From Fistulifera solaris (Eukaryota): 64,000 nucleotides of DNA. The translations under genes were made by a program, and so were the position numbers. How positions within the stretch are numbered: the stretch's first letter is position 1; each line of letters opens with the position of its first letter. The stretch covers positions 186,001-250,000 of the forward strand of contig AP026124.1 of NCBI GenBank assembly GCA_030295235.1, written 5' to 3'. Shown piece after piece: positions 11,585-23,296 of this stretch. The notes below the pieces were generated by a model, which saw nothing but the letters and a program-made list of their open reading frames with translations, made no database searches and had not been told where the DNA came from.

Positions 11585-12418
11585 CTATTGCACGGGCTCT
11601 AGCTCTCGTAATGCTGCGGGCAGGCATTCAGGCACTTGCATAGGCTTCCCTATCTTGCCCCGCCGCGCCGATACATGCAAGTCGAGAAATTCTGACAATT
11701 TGTGTACAAAAAGCCCCGTCGATCGTAAGAGAGCTTCAATGTTATTGTGTCCGGCTCCTTCTACCCAAAAGGGTCGCGCTCGCCATTGTTGAGGAACCGC
11801 TAAAAACAATTCTTCTCCGTGCCAAAAAGGAACAACTTCATCTTGCGTGCCATGGATTATGAATACAGGAGTCGCGATGTCAGGTGCATAGTCGACATTT
11901 GGAAAGCGATCACCCATCATGGTGAAACGAAAGTCAAACGCGACGCGGTAAGCTGACAACAGCGGAGATTGGAGTATAATTCCTCCAACGGAACGTCCTT
12001 GTTGAGCAGTTTTCCTCGCTAAATAACATGAAGGTCCCGAACCCAGCGACCTTCCATAAAGTACAATTTGTTCTGGTTGAATATGTCTGACATCGACAAG
12101 ATATCGGTAGGCTGCTTCGATGTCTTTGTAGCAGCTTTGTTCACTCGGTACACCGCTCGCCTTTCCGTAACCCGTGTAATCGTAGGCCATAATGTTAACC
12201 CGTAACACCCTCGCGAGATCACTGAACCAGTCATAAATCATCCCCAGATCTTCTGCATTGCCATGAGAAAACAAAATGGTAACAGAGGCACTGGGTCGTT
12301 CTATGAAAAAAGCAGGAATGGAACTGCCGTCTTCATTGGTAAGCCAAAAATGACGTGACGGATGTAAATAGGTAGGTGCAGGAGGCTGAAAGAGCAACGA
12401 GCTAATGGCATCCCCCAT
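11585..12418 (-). CDS. ABHD17: Alpha/beta hydrolase, ABHD17-like depalmitoylase
   Basis: LFSHGNAEDLG, YDYTGYG, GRSLG nucleophile elbow, IHGTQDEVVP, GAGHNN. Confidence 0.9.
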   Translation of the reverse strand: MGDAISSLLFQPPAPTYLHPSRHFWLTNEDGSSIPAFFIERPSASVTILFSHGNAEDLGMIYDWFSDLARVLRVNIMAYDYTGYGKASGVPSEQSCYKDIEAAYRYLVDVRHIQPEQIVLYGRSLGSGPSCYLARKTAQQGRSVGGIILQSPLLSAYRVAFDFRFTMMGDRFPNVDYAPDIATPVFIIHGTQDEVVPFWHGEELFLAVPQQWRARPFWVEGAGHNNIEALLRSTGLFVHKLSEFLDLHVSARRGKIGKPMQVPECLPAALRELEPVQ

Positions 12419-12851
12419 CGTATGACAATAGAAGGGTTAACAAGGAGAAAGCGATGGCAGTTTCTTCGATTGCAACAGCATAGCATAGCACGTGCTGTGA
12501 CTAAATCGAACGGAATGACGAAGCATGACGGGCCGAAATGCAAGAACTCTCCGTGCATCACCATAGCTTTTACTGTAGTTTTGAGGTATTACTGTAGAGA
12601 GTGCGCATGGGACATTTGGTACCGGACTGGCTGCAGTTGAAACTCACAACGGCAAACCAACGACATACGATTATGACGTGTAAAGCATGAATGAAACAAA
12701 CACCCAGTCAGGAATCTTTTCCGCTCGCTTCGGACGACATCGTTTATGTTTTTGTTGGCCCACATCTCGAACAATCCGCTGGTTATTCTTGTCGTTTCTT
12801 TGACCTTTCCGTCTCTTCTTTAGCCTCTAAAAACAACGAAACTTTTCCATC

Positions 12852-13556
12852 ATGTCTGTAATGACTTACAATGGCGCCGCCATCATCGCAATGGCGGGTA
12901 AAGACTGTGTCGGTATCGCCGCGGACCGACGTCTCGGTGTGCAATTGACCACTATTGCGACCGATTTTCCCAAAATCTTTCAAATGCAACCCAAATTGTT
13001 TGTCGGTTTGGCTGGATTAGGAACGGATGTGCAGACACTCAAAAATCTACTTGAATTCCGGATGAATTTGTACAAATTGAAAGAAGAGCGAGACATGAGT
13101 CCGAAAGTTCTGAGCCACATGCTGGGAAAAATTCTCTACTCGAAGCGTTTCGGGCCTTACTTTGTCGAACCCATTGTTGCGGGCTTAGATGAATCCAACA
13201 AGCCATTTCTTTCGACTATGGATTTGATTGGAGCGACTTCCGAAGAAAAGGACTTTGTTGTTTCCGGAACATGCACGGGAAATATGTAAGTCATCAAATG
13301 TCACTCATTGCTGTTTAGCCTTGCGTGTATCCCAAGGTTCTCACCCGATCTGTTCCTTACTCCTTCTCATTACAGGTTTGGTATGTGCGAATCACTTTAT
13401 AAACCAAATATGGAAGCTGAAGAACTATTCGAAACCTTGGCACAGGCATTGCTGAGCTCTGTCGATCGCGATGCAGTCTCTGGATGGGGAGGAATCGTCC
13501 ACATTATCACCAAAGAAGGTGTTTTGACAAAAGAATTGAAAGGACGTCAAGATTAA
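12852..13556 (+). CDS. PSMB3: 20S proteasome subunit beta-3, intron 13286-13375
   Basis: MSVMTYNGAAIIAMAGKDCVGIAADRRLG, RFGPYFVEP, DRDAVSGWG; GT-AG intron restores NMFGMCES. Confidence 0.95.
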
Positions 13557-13798
13557 AATCATTATAACACAACGTTTGTTTTCAGCATGGATTGTAGTGA
13601 CCTTACTAATACTTGTCGTTCAGACGCGGTTAGCGAAGGACGACCGATTGCAACTGTATAATCATGACAACATGATAAGATTATAAAGCAAATTGAGGAA
13701 CAGATGTGATGGATGACTTGCCCTCCAATGTTTTGACATAACATCAATGCTCTTTCGCCGTTCAGGGAAGGCTAGTTTCGGAGCACTACAGCGACTCA

Positions 13799-16700
13799 CT
13801 ACAAAGAAGGTGGCGCTTTCGCCTTCAGATCTTTCAGAGAAAGCTTGATTCTCAGCTGCTTTTTTTTTACTGGTTGGCGGTTTTTGATCGTCAGTAAACC
13901 CGTTCTTCTTCAGGACACGATCAAGCTCCTTTTCCAGAGCGATTGCGTCCTCTACAACCCACGACCCTTCCCCGTTGAATTTCACTGCGTTATCGAACAT
14001 CAGCTTCCAATCAGCACGGAACTCGGTTACGTTGGAGTACATCTTCGCTCTGCATTTGCGCAGAATATCATTGATAGCCACGGGCTTTTCAATTAGCTCG
14101 TAGTAATCTGGGAATGTTGCAGGGTCAGGTTTGTCTAAGAAGATCTCTGAAATGCGTCGCTTCTTGCTCGCGTCTTTCAAAGCTACAACAGCTTTAGCGC
14201 AGCTGATGAGCTTGCGATAAGTCCAATCTGTAAGTATTGTTGAACCATCTTCGGATTCTTCAGGTTCATCTTCTTCCATAATTTCAGATGACGCTCCACG
14301 CGCAATCTTTCGTGCAACTTTCGCTTTTTTTCTTTGTTCGTTCTTCCTCGACTGCATTTTGTTCCATGATACGGAGAAACTGCTTTTCGGTCAGGCCATC
14401 GTCATAGGCCACCGCCTTGCGCTTTCTAGAGATGTCCATATCACCCAAAGCGAATGGGTCAAATGACTTCGATCCAGCGTTGGCGTTGGGGTATCGAATC
14501 CAATCGGGCACAATTTCGTCATCGACGAAAAGTTCCACGTCTCCGCCCGCAACTTCACGTTCTCGGTCTATGGCTTCGTAAAGCTGATAGTCGCTTTCGT
14601 TGTTACTGAGTAACTCGTTCAAATTCTCTTTCTCGCTTACTTCACTGCTGTCGTCTTCTTCGTCCCCGTCGTCGGAACCAGACTTCTCCGACGGCAAGTT
14701 CTTATTCTGAATATTAGAGGTGTCAAAGTCGGTCAGCAAAACCTCCATCAGCCGCTTTCGCTCCATGCTGTTGTCGGTATCAACACTCTGGAAACGAAAG
14801 CATCAGCGTTAGGGATAACTATCATTCCCGCATAAACAAAGCAAACACGGAGAAAACTAACCTTTTGATCGAACTTTCCCGACTCGACAACAAGTTCTGA
14901 AACATTAAGCTTTTCAGTTGCTCGACTCAAGATCTTTTCTTCAACTGGAGAGTTGGTCACCAATCGAAATACGCTCACGTCGTTTCGCTGTCCTATTCGA
15001 TGAGCACGATCCTGTATGCAGGAAAGATGAGTTAGTACGGACACGAATTGAATCGCAGCACATCAAGATGACAATTGTGCGACTTGCCTGAGCTTGTAAA
15101 TCCATTTGTGGGTTCCAATCGCTGTCAAAGATTATTACAGTGTCAGCTGACGTTAGATTTAGACCCAAACCACCTGCTCTGGTTGACAGTAGAAAAATAA
15201 AGTGTGGAGAGTCTGGGGCGTTAAACTTGTACATGCGTTTCTCGCGTTCCTCCGCGGGAGTCGACCCGTCTAGACGGAGGGACAAATATCCTCTATAAGC
15301 GAAATAGTCTTCCAGAATCGTCATGACTGCGGTCATTTGAGTAAACATGAGCACACGATGCCCGGCCGCTTTCAACTTTGGAAGCATCTTGTCAAGCAGA
15401 GCAACTTTACCAGAAGATTGAATCAAACTATCGCTAATTTGGTAGCCGTCTGGTGAGAAGAGCAAAGGGTGATTGCATACCTGTAATGACAATTCAAATA
15501 TACTTGTAAGTGAAAGAAGATAGTTCAGAATCCCAATCGGCCATAATGCGGAGTTGACGTACCTTTCGAAGCTGCATGACCACGTTGTTGAGACCTCTAG
15601 CTGTTGCTGATATTCCAGTTTCCGCAAAAGCTTTCTCACTAATTTGCCGATAGAGTACTTTTTGCCACGACGATAGCTCACATCGAAGAACCTTTTCAAC
15701 CTTTTCTGGTAGCTGGTCCAACACCTCGCTCTTCACACGTCGGAGCATAAACGGTCTGAGTAGTTCGTGTAAGCGATGAATAATCAACACTCTTTCTTCA
15801 TTGCTTAAAAGGGAATCGGTGCCTTCCTCGTTTTCTTTATTCGAACCGAACTGAGAAAAAGGTCGACTGAACCACTGATCAAATGTTTCAACAGAGTTGA
15901 AAATCGACGGCAAAAGAAAGTTGAGTAGAGACCACAATTCGGACAAGTCATTCATAAGGGGCGTCCCCGTAAGCAAAATGCGATGATGCGTCGTATATTG
16001 CGATCCTAGTGTAACAGCAAACTTGGAATTAGCGTTTTTCATGCGATGACCTTCGTCAACAACCGCGTATTGCCATTCAGTCCTGCGCAGATGTTTCTTG
16101 TCTCGGGTGATGTATTCATATGTTGTCAGTAGCACGTTAAACTGCCCAGCACGCACTTGATCCCTGAAAATATCGCGTCGCTGGAGTGGTGTACCTTTGT
16201 AAGAAACTACTCTAGCAGCTGGGCACCACCTAGTGAACTCGTTTTCCCAGTTAGACATCGTTGACAATGGCACGATGACAAGAAATGGCCCCATGTTATG
16301 TTTGTACTCCATCAAATATGCCAGCAAAGCAATGGCTTGAACAGTTTTGCCCTTAGCACGAAAAGCATTTAGTATTGATACAAGCGAAGAGTCGCATCCC
16401 AAGTGTGCGCACTTACCAATCCCATTTCATCCGCCAAAATACCATTGAGTTTGTTGTTATAGAGAGACACCATCCATTGAAGTCCCGCCAACTGATACTC
16501 TTTCAGATCTCCACCGGCCAATATGCTAGGTTGTCGAACTTCTTCCGTTTTGCTATGTGCGGTCGCATAATAGGATTTCTGTTTGCCAGATGAATGGCTG
16601 CTTTGATGATCGGAACGTTGCTGAAGCAAGGAAGAAATTTGTGTAAAGTGTTTTTCGGTACTTTCGAGTAAGAATTGCAATCGCTCGTTTTTGGTCTCTT

Positions 16701-18353
16701 CAAGTAGTTTCGAATAAGCTGACATATCGTTGGCTTTCAGAGCCGCCATGCGTGCTTTCTCGGCCGCCACGGAGTCTTTCTCTTTCTTTCGCTCCTCTTT
16801 GTCGAGGGCGTCACGAATGGTCTTGGTAATTCGCGCAAGGTCTGCTCTACGCTGCCTGTGGAATTTGAAAAACTCTTGCTGGTGGCTCGTTATAGCCTTG
16901 CTGAACTCCTTGTGCTGTTTCAAGTAAGAATCCGCCACTATTTGCCTGGACTTTCGCGCTGCTCGATCGAGACCCTTGGCGTGTTTCTTTGCCTCGATTT
17001 TTATTCTCTTGAAGCGTTCCGGGTCCATCAACTCCACAATCTCATCTTTCGACGCGATACCTCCACTTGATGCTGTAAAGGCAACCCTGGCAAGCTTTTG
17101 CAGTCGTGAAGCTTCACGTAACATGGCGTTCTTCCGATGCACCGATGGTTCGAGGACAGGTTCGGTACACGTCGATCGCACCAAAGCTCCGACCGAGTAG
17201 GGAATAGTTCCAAACCGTCCCTTTTGATTCATGAAAATAGCGCTCTGTGCTCGCTTCCAGTTGCGTCGCTCCACCAGCTTGGCCTCATTTTCTTTGCTGA
17301 CCCGCTCTTGTTGAGCTTTCAATTGTTCTTGCTTCTTTTTCATAAGCAGTTGTTGCTGTTGCTGCTGCTGCAACATCATCTGCTGCTGTTGCTGCTGCTG
17401 CATCTGCTGCTGTTGATGATGATACTGTTGCTGCGCCCTCATCATTTGCTGACGCTGCACCATAGTAGAATCGGGCTTCACCGGCAGCGGCGCAGCGGCT
17501 TTTGGTGGAGGATTGGGACCTTTGCGTTGCAGTGCTTCACGCTCTCGCGCTACCCGGGCAGCTTTCAGAATCGCATCTTCCGGAAGTCCCATTTTGACGG
17601 CCTGTTGCAGAAGATTAGGGGCCACTTGACCGGCCGGATCCCGAATTGCCGACCAGACGGCTTTGGCCAACAATTCTTTCGCTTCAGGGCTGAGAACGCG
17701 TTTCGTCTTTCCTTTATCTTGCACAACAATGACCGGAGGACCCGACTGTCGTTGCTGCGCCGAAGCGGCCTGCTGCTGGGCGACTTGCTGCATGCGCTGC
17801 TGTTGCTGCAAAAGTTGTTGATGCTGTTGATTTAATTGTTGTTGCCGAATCTGTTGCTGTTTGTATTGCTCTTGCTGTTGCAAAATCTGCTGCTGCTTGT
17901 ACTGCTCTTGCTGCTGCATGTGCTGGGCGTGCGAGACCTGGGAAAAGAGTGTCGACGGTGTAGACGATGCCGATGTTTTCATTTGACCGGACGCATTCGT
18001 CAGCGCCAGCGGATTCGGAACATTCCAGGCGGCTCCTTGTTGCGCGTTGAAAAGGCCTTGCGCGCCTGTAGCAGACTGTAAGGCTTGTTGATTACCTCCA
18101 GGAGGAAATCGTAAAGCAGCTGCTGATTGCATCTGTGTTATTTGATGTTGAGTCGCTTGAGGAAACGAAGGAATGGGCCGATGTAAAGCATTGCTCATTC
18201 CTGCGGCCGCCCTGCAGGATGAGTACCCGGAATCTGTGATGAACCGTTTGCATGAGGCAAAGCGCTGGAAGCGGAAGAAGCGGGAACGTTCGGTTGGCCA
18301 TTGTGAACAGAGCCTTTTCCTTGCTGGTTTTGATGAGAAGAATTATTGTCCAT
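13799..18353 (-). CDS. SNF2: SWI/SNF chromatin-remodelling ATPase (BRM/SNF2-type): polyQ N-terminus, HSA, SNF2 helicase, SnAC, bromodomain; multi-exon
   Basis: [42 protein letters not shown], bromodomain [10 protein letters not shown]...FDNAVKFN; 4 short introns and 3 apparent indels. Confidence 0.92.
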
Positions 18354-19173
18354 GCTCTCGAAGCTTCGTCTCCGGACTTGGTGAGAGAAGGATGGGGCGA
18401 GGGGGAGAGAAGTCAAACACTGCAACGCTCACTTTCCTTTTTCCATTGGTGGTTCGCTCGCTCACGTAGAAAACGTAGACCTCGTACTATACGAACAATG
18501 AATGACTGCAAGGAACTGGTACAAATTTTACGTTCCTTTCTACGTGGCACGGAGTGGTCACCATACGTCATCCGGTACATAACCTTTCAAAGTGTTTCGT
18601 GGTTCGTGGTTGAACTTAAAGCCCTTTGTGTACGAGCACGAAACAACATTAGGCCATGCTAGTACCGGTGTGCACTATATTATCTTCATTAAGGTCAAGG
18701 TGTACACACGGGTAGTTGCGTTGGTGCCTCACGACTCATGACTGAATTCCAATCGCAATAACCATGAGGTTTTTCGACGTAAACGACGGAAAAAGTGCAC
18801 TGCAAATGTACGAATCGAAAATTTTTATTGTTGCTACCTGGTAGTATCGTATTATCTTTATAAAATGATTGACCTCTGCAAACAGCGGCTGAACGTCGAT
18901 TCTTCGACAACCAAAAAATTGAGGACTCTTGTCTTTCCAACTGTTGCTATGCTAGTCCGGGACCTTGGTGCAGTCTAAATTTAAGTCTACGATATTTTGG
19001 AAGATATATCGCTTTTATGTAGCTGAATGCTTCGAACCTCCCCTGTTGGTGGTTCCTTGAATGATTCTTTTGATGACGACGAAAGCAACTGAAAGAGCAC
19101 TCCCTTCATTATTAAAGCATCAAACAATGGTTGATCGACATAAGGATATACTCTTCTATACACATGTAACCTA

Positions 19174-20058
19174 TTATATTTTCTTGAGCACATCTTCAAA
19201 GTTTACAACCGCGCAAATCCCAGGGTCCCGCCACTCGTAGATGGGTTTGTCATTTGAGACGATCAAACATCCACCTAGCTGCGTCAGTACTCCAGCTTCG
19301 AGTGCAGCTTCATCTGGGGCAAGCTCTTTCCATTTTGAAAGAGAGATACCGATCATTGATTGTAGTCGCAGCGTGGCTAGCTCCAGAGGACGACGCGGCC
19401 ACGATCCTACCCATGGTAATTCCGCGAACTTGTTGACTTTGACGGAGCCGTCCGCATTTAACTCCAAGGCGGTGTCGGGCCACCTCCCTTTTCTTTGTCC
19501 AACAGCAAGAGCATCTTCGATCCACGGCTGAGCTACAAAAGGATTTCCGATGTATCCGCCAATGACAGCTGGTAATGTCGCCCAAGCGCCGAGACCAAAC
19601 AACATTCCAAAAAGCTTGAGAAACGGATTGACATCATCGTTTTCAGGAAGCCAGCCACGTTCCACACCAAAAGCGCGTCCTGCTTTGCCTTCATTATCGA
19701 CCCAGATCTCGATTGAATCTGGTAAATCTATTACCTCTTTCAATAACTTGGCTGCTTCTGGTTGACAGTTTAAAATGAACGAGCATTTCTCTACTCCAGA
19801 TTCCTGGAGTTTCGGCCAATAATATCGCAGTCGTTGCCCGTATTCAATCGCGTTAAAGTCAGCAGCATAAGTACCAAAGACTACGCAACGTTTGCCTGAA
19901 GAGAGCCATTCTCCGACATCAATCTCCGTCGGCTTGCCAGAGGGATCGGCATTCTGTAAGGACACTACTCGCACTCCCGAGAGAGGCTGGTACGCGTCGA
20001 TCAAGGTAATCCCCGAAAGAGTCGCGATGAGGCAGTGGATGAAGGAGTGAAGTTTCAT
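19174..20058 (-). CDS. AhpC/TSA-2 (peroxiredoxin-like, thioredoxin-fold) protein, probably plastid-targeted
   Basis: Signal peptide; [11 protein letters not shown] and LTQLGG motifs of the algal/plant AhpC-TSA_2 family. Confidence 0.7.
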   Translation of the reverse strand: MKLHSFIHCLIATLSGITLIDAYQPLSGVRVVSLQNADPSGKPTEIDVGEWLSSGKRCVVFGTYAADFNAIEYGQRLRYYWPKLQESGVEKCSFILNCQPEAAKLLKEVIDLPDSIEIWVDNEGKAGRAFGVERGWLPENDDVNPFLKLFGMLFGLGAWATLPAVIGGYIGNPFVAQPWIEDALAVGQRKGRWPDTALELNADGSVKVNKFAELPWVGSWPRRPLELATLRLQSMIGISLSKWKELAPDEAALEAGVLTQLGGCLIVSNDKPIYEWRDPGICAVVNFEDVLKKI

Positions 20059-20381
20059 GAGATATATAGTAGTTGTTTGGTACCTGGTACGTAACTTTAA
20101 CTATGTTTAAAAGCAATAATACCGACTTTCGTTTGTTTCTCGTTATTATCCGTTGCTTTGCTTACGTGTTTTCCGTTGTCAAGCGTCATCATTCGTGACT
20201 GAAGAAAAGGATTGGAAACACCGGCCGTAGTACGGACGCGGGCTCTCACCATCATCGAAAAATAGTTGAGAAAAAATATATCTCCAACAAAACGATTCCA
20301 TTCTAAACAAACTTTTTCAAAAACCGTTGTTAGCGTTGTCTTCTAATTCTTATTCGTCACCTTTTCTTTCTTTTCTAAGCC

Positions 20382-21486
20382 ATGTCAGAGGAAGCCAAGA
20401 ACGAATTGCGGGAACGCCTCGAGTTCTTCTTTTCCGATGCGAATTTGCGACAAGATGATTTCATGCGCAAGATTCTGCTGAAAAGCACGGGAGAGTATCC
20501 TCACCAAATCACCGTAGACGTCCTATTGAAGTTCAATACCATCAAAACCTACACGACAGATGCAGCTGTTCTCGTTGAGGCTGCCAAGTCGTTGCCCGAG
20601 AAGTTGGTCGTTTCGTCGGATGAAAAGGCCATCGGCAGAGTGAATACCTTTACGTTGGATCAGATGAAAGGACATCTTCCTTTGTCTCTTTACATTTCAA
20701 ACCTTCCTCTCAAGAAATCAGATGATGACAAACAGGAGTATGCAATCAAAGCGGATCAGCTACGTGACATCTTCCAAGAATACGGAAAGATTGCAATGGT
20801 AAAGCTCCGATTCCGTAATGATCGGAATAGCAAACGTCGCGAGCCCAAGGGAAGTGCTTGGGTGGAATTTGAAGAAGCAGACTCTGTCGCCAAAGCGGCT
20901 GCCGACGTCTTAACTGTCAAAGATGGCGCTGAAGTCGAGCCGAAGCGTAAGATAGAACTGAAAGGATCGCAGATTGGTGTTGAGCTATTGGAAGAACACG
21001 AAGGTCTGAAGAAAAAGAGGGACGCAAATGGAATGTCAAAAGGAGAAGCCAAAAACGGAGATGACGACGAAGAGAAAAAAGAAAAAATCGACAGATTTCG
21101 TTTTGGATTGGAAACCGGGTTGTGTTATTCGGTTGGAAGGGTTGTCTGTGGATGAATGCGACCGCGAGGCTATCCTCGATGCGGTAGCCGAAGGCCTCTC
21201 TATTACCGTTGAGGAAGCTAAAGAGCGAAAGATCTATGCTGATTATTCCCGAGGACAAGAGAATGGGGCTATTCGATTCCCGGACGTTGCGGATGACATC
21301 AAAACGCTTTGTGAAAAGTTCGCGTCGGGGGATGTCAAGGTGAAAGGAACGGCGGTCAAAGTTGCTAAAATGCTGGAAGGGGACGAAGAGACCACCTACT
21401 GGAATGATTTCATTGAATTCAAAAAGAAGCAGAAGCAAAACCATGGGTCTAATCAGAAGAGAAACAAAAAGGTTCGCCGAGATTAA
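20382..21486 (+). CDS. La-related RNA-binding protein (La motif, RRM1, RRM2)
   Basis: LEFFFSDANLRQDDFM La motif; KGSAWVEF RNP1; second RRM YADYSRG...GAIRF; indel in the A-runs at ~21075-21088. Confidence 0.88.
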
Positions 21487-21500
21487 TACATTCGACTATG

Positions 21501-22688
21501 TTAACAATGTGTTTTTCCGTCTTCTAGTTGCTGTTTAGCCAGTTGTACGGCTTCGTCTGCGATGGTCCTGACTGAGACGTCGAGTGACTTTGCTATTCTC
21601 ACGCAATGGTCAAACTCTGCTTTCAATGACACGACTTCTTCACCAAGATATCCGACTTTCACATCGACCCGCAATGCTTTCGCCTCATTCGAATTCCATG
21701 TTTTGCTTGTGACAGTCACCATGGTTCGATTCAAGGAGATTCTGTCTAGTTCTGTGACACGCACCCCCAGTGTCGTACTATGACGAAACAAGAGCTCCAG
21801 ACAGGTGTTTTGATTCGATTCTTTACAGAGACAATGAATCGTATGCGCGGCTCTTCCTTTTTTCATGACAATGGGAGTTATCCATGCGTCAGCAGCACCC
21901 CCTCGAGTCAAGAGCACATCGACACAGAAGGCCAAATATTCGGCGGTGCAATCATCAATGTTGGCTTCTAACATGAGTAACTTATTCAGCTGCCACAGTG
22001 TCGAAGACAAGGGCGGTGTGGTAGCCATGGACGTGCCCACGGATACAGAGGTCGCGTGAGGAATCGGGGATTGATACTCGGCATGACAATGCTGCGTCAG
22101 AATCATTGGCGGACAAGAGTAATTGACTGCATCGCGTTTGTCAACGTCCAGAAGTATCTTCAATAAAGGTAGGGCATCGGTGGCAACCAAAGGAACAGGC
22201 GACGTAACAAATATAGGTAACTGTGCCCAGAGAGCAGGACAACACTTAATGAGACCTGAAAGAGCCGGAATCGGACTCAGAGATATGTTTTGAACATCCA
22301 ACTGCTCTAGCCACCATAGTATACACATTGCCAAAATCGCATTTTCGACTGGCTCCAAGGGAGGAACGTCATCGTATCCCACTGTCATCTCGATGAGTTT
22401 TTGAACATAATCGCGGCCTTTTTGTAGAGAAGTTTCTTGTAGATCGAGGTTTTGGTCGATTGTTGACAATACATCCTCCACCACTGCATATTCTTCAAAA
22501 CGAATACGAAAGAAGGGTTCGCAGGATTGAAATATAATTTCGCGTACGATATGTGGAAATGTGTCTAAGATCATCCCCTCGATCAATTCGAGAGATAATC
22601 CGTTTGGAGCCTTGATGGACAAGATCGCCTTAGCCAGAGAGTGGACAGTTAGGCCTTCGCAGCAGTCGATATGCAGTAATAGGGGCAT
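21501..22688 (-). CDS. larC: LarC-like (DUF111) protein: conserved nickel-insertase C-terminal domain, divergent N-terminus
   Basis: LEANIDD, GAADAWITPIVMKKGR, STTLGVR and EFDHC motifs typical of the LarC C-terminal domain. Confidence 0.75.
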   Translation of the reverse strand: MPLLLHIDCCEGLTVHSLAKAILSIKAPNGLSLELIEGMILDTFPHIVREIIFQSCEPFFRIRFEEYAVVEDVLSTIDQNLDLQETSLQKGRDYVQKLIEMTVGYDDVPPLEPVENAILAMCILWWLEQLDVQNISLSPIPALSGLIKCCPALWAQLPIFVTSPVPLVATDALPLLKILLDVDKRDAVNYSCPPMILTQHCHAEYQSPIPHATSVSVGTSMATTPPLSSTLWQLNKLLMLEANIDDCTAEYLAFCVDVLLTRGGAADAWITPIVMKKGRAAHTIHCLCKESNQNTCLELLFRHSTTLGVRVTELDRISLNRTMVTVTSKTWNSNEAKALRVDVKVGYLGEEVVSLKAEFDHCVRIAKSLDVSVRTIADEAVQLAKQQLEDGKTHC

Positions 22689-23296
22689 GACCTATCTAAT
22701 TCCTCATTAGTATCAATCTGTTTCGAAAATTTTTTGCTTTTTGTTATTCCCTATCGCCTTTTTCCGTTCCCTTTCCGCAAATAATAGGGGGTGCAAGATG
22801 AAACATAAGTGCAGAATGAATGGTGCATGTTGTCGAATGTTGATGGGTTCTTTGCTCGATCGACATCGTCCGGCTTTTGACTTTTGAATCTTTCCTCTAG
22901 CTTTCCGTTGACAAAGAGATCATACGTAGTACGTAATACTTCAGACCTAAAGTGTCAGCTGTCAGCTCACAGAATTTAAGTCCAATCCGTCTTACCTGTA
23001 TGGTAAAAGTTATTTTGCCGTTAAACCACTATTGCCATGATAGTCCACCAACTTATTAGAGCGTTACTCGCTCCTCAACTCCAAAGAGTACATCAGGTCC
23101 AAGTTCCGGATTCTGGAGGGATTCGATTCTGGTTCCGGGTACCAGGTATCTTTGTGATAGCGAGACGAGTAAGTTGACGCAAGAGCGTGTGTTGATGGAC
23201 CCAACAATTGAAGCAAACAAGAGTCGCACAGAATCAAGCTTAAGCAGCGCATTTCCGTTTCAAACTTTTATTGCATGAAACAACAACAGATCGACG

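Noticed and set aside
17137..18081. Leu-rich plus-strand ORFs
   Set aside because: Antisense shadow of the CAG/CAA polyglutamine region of SNF2
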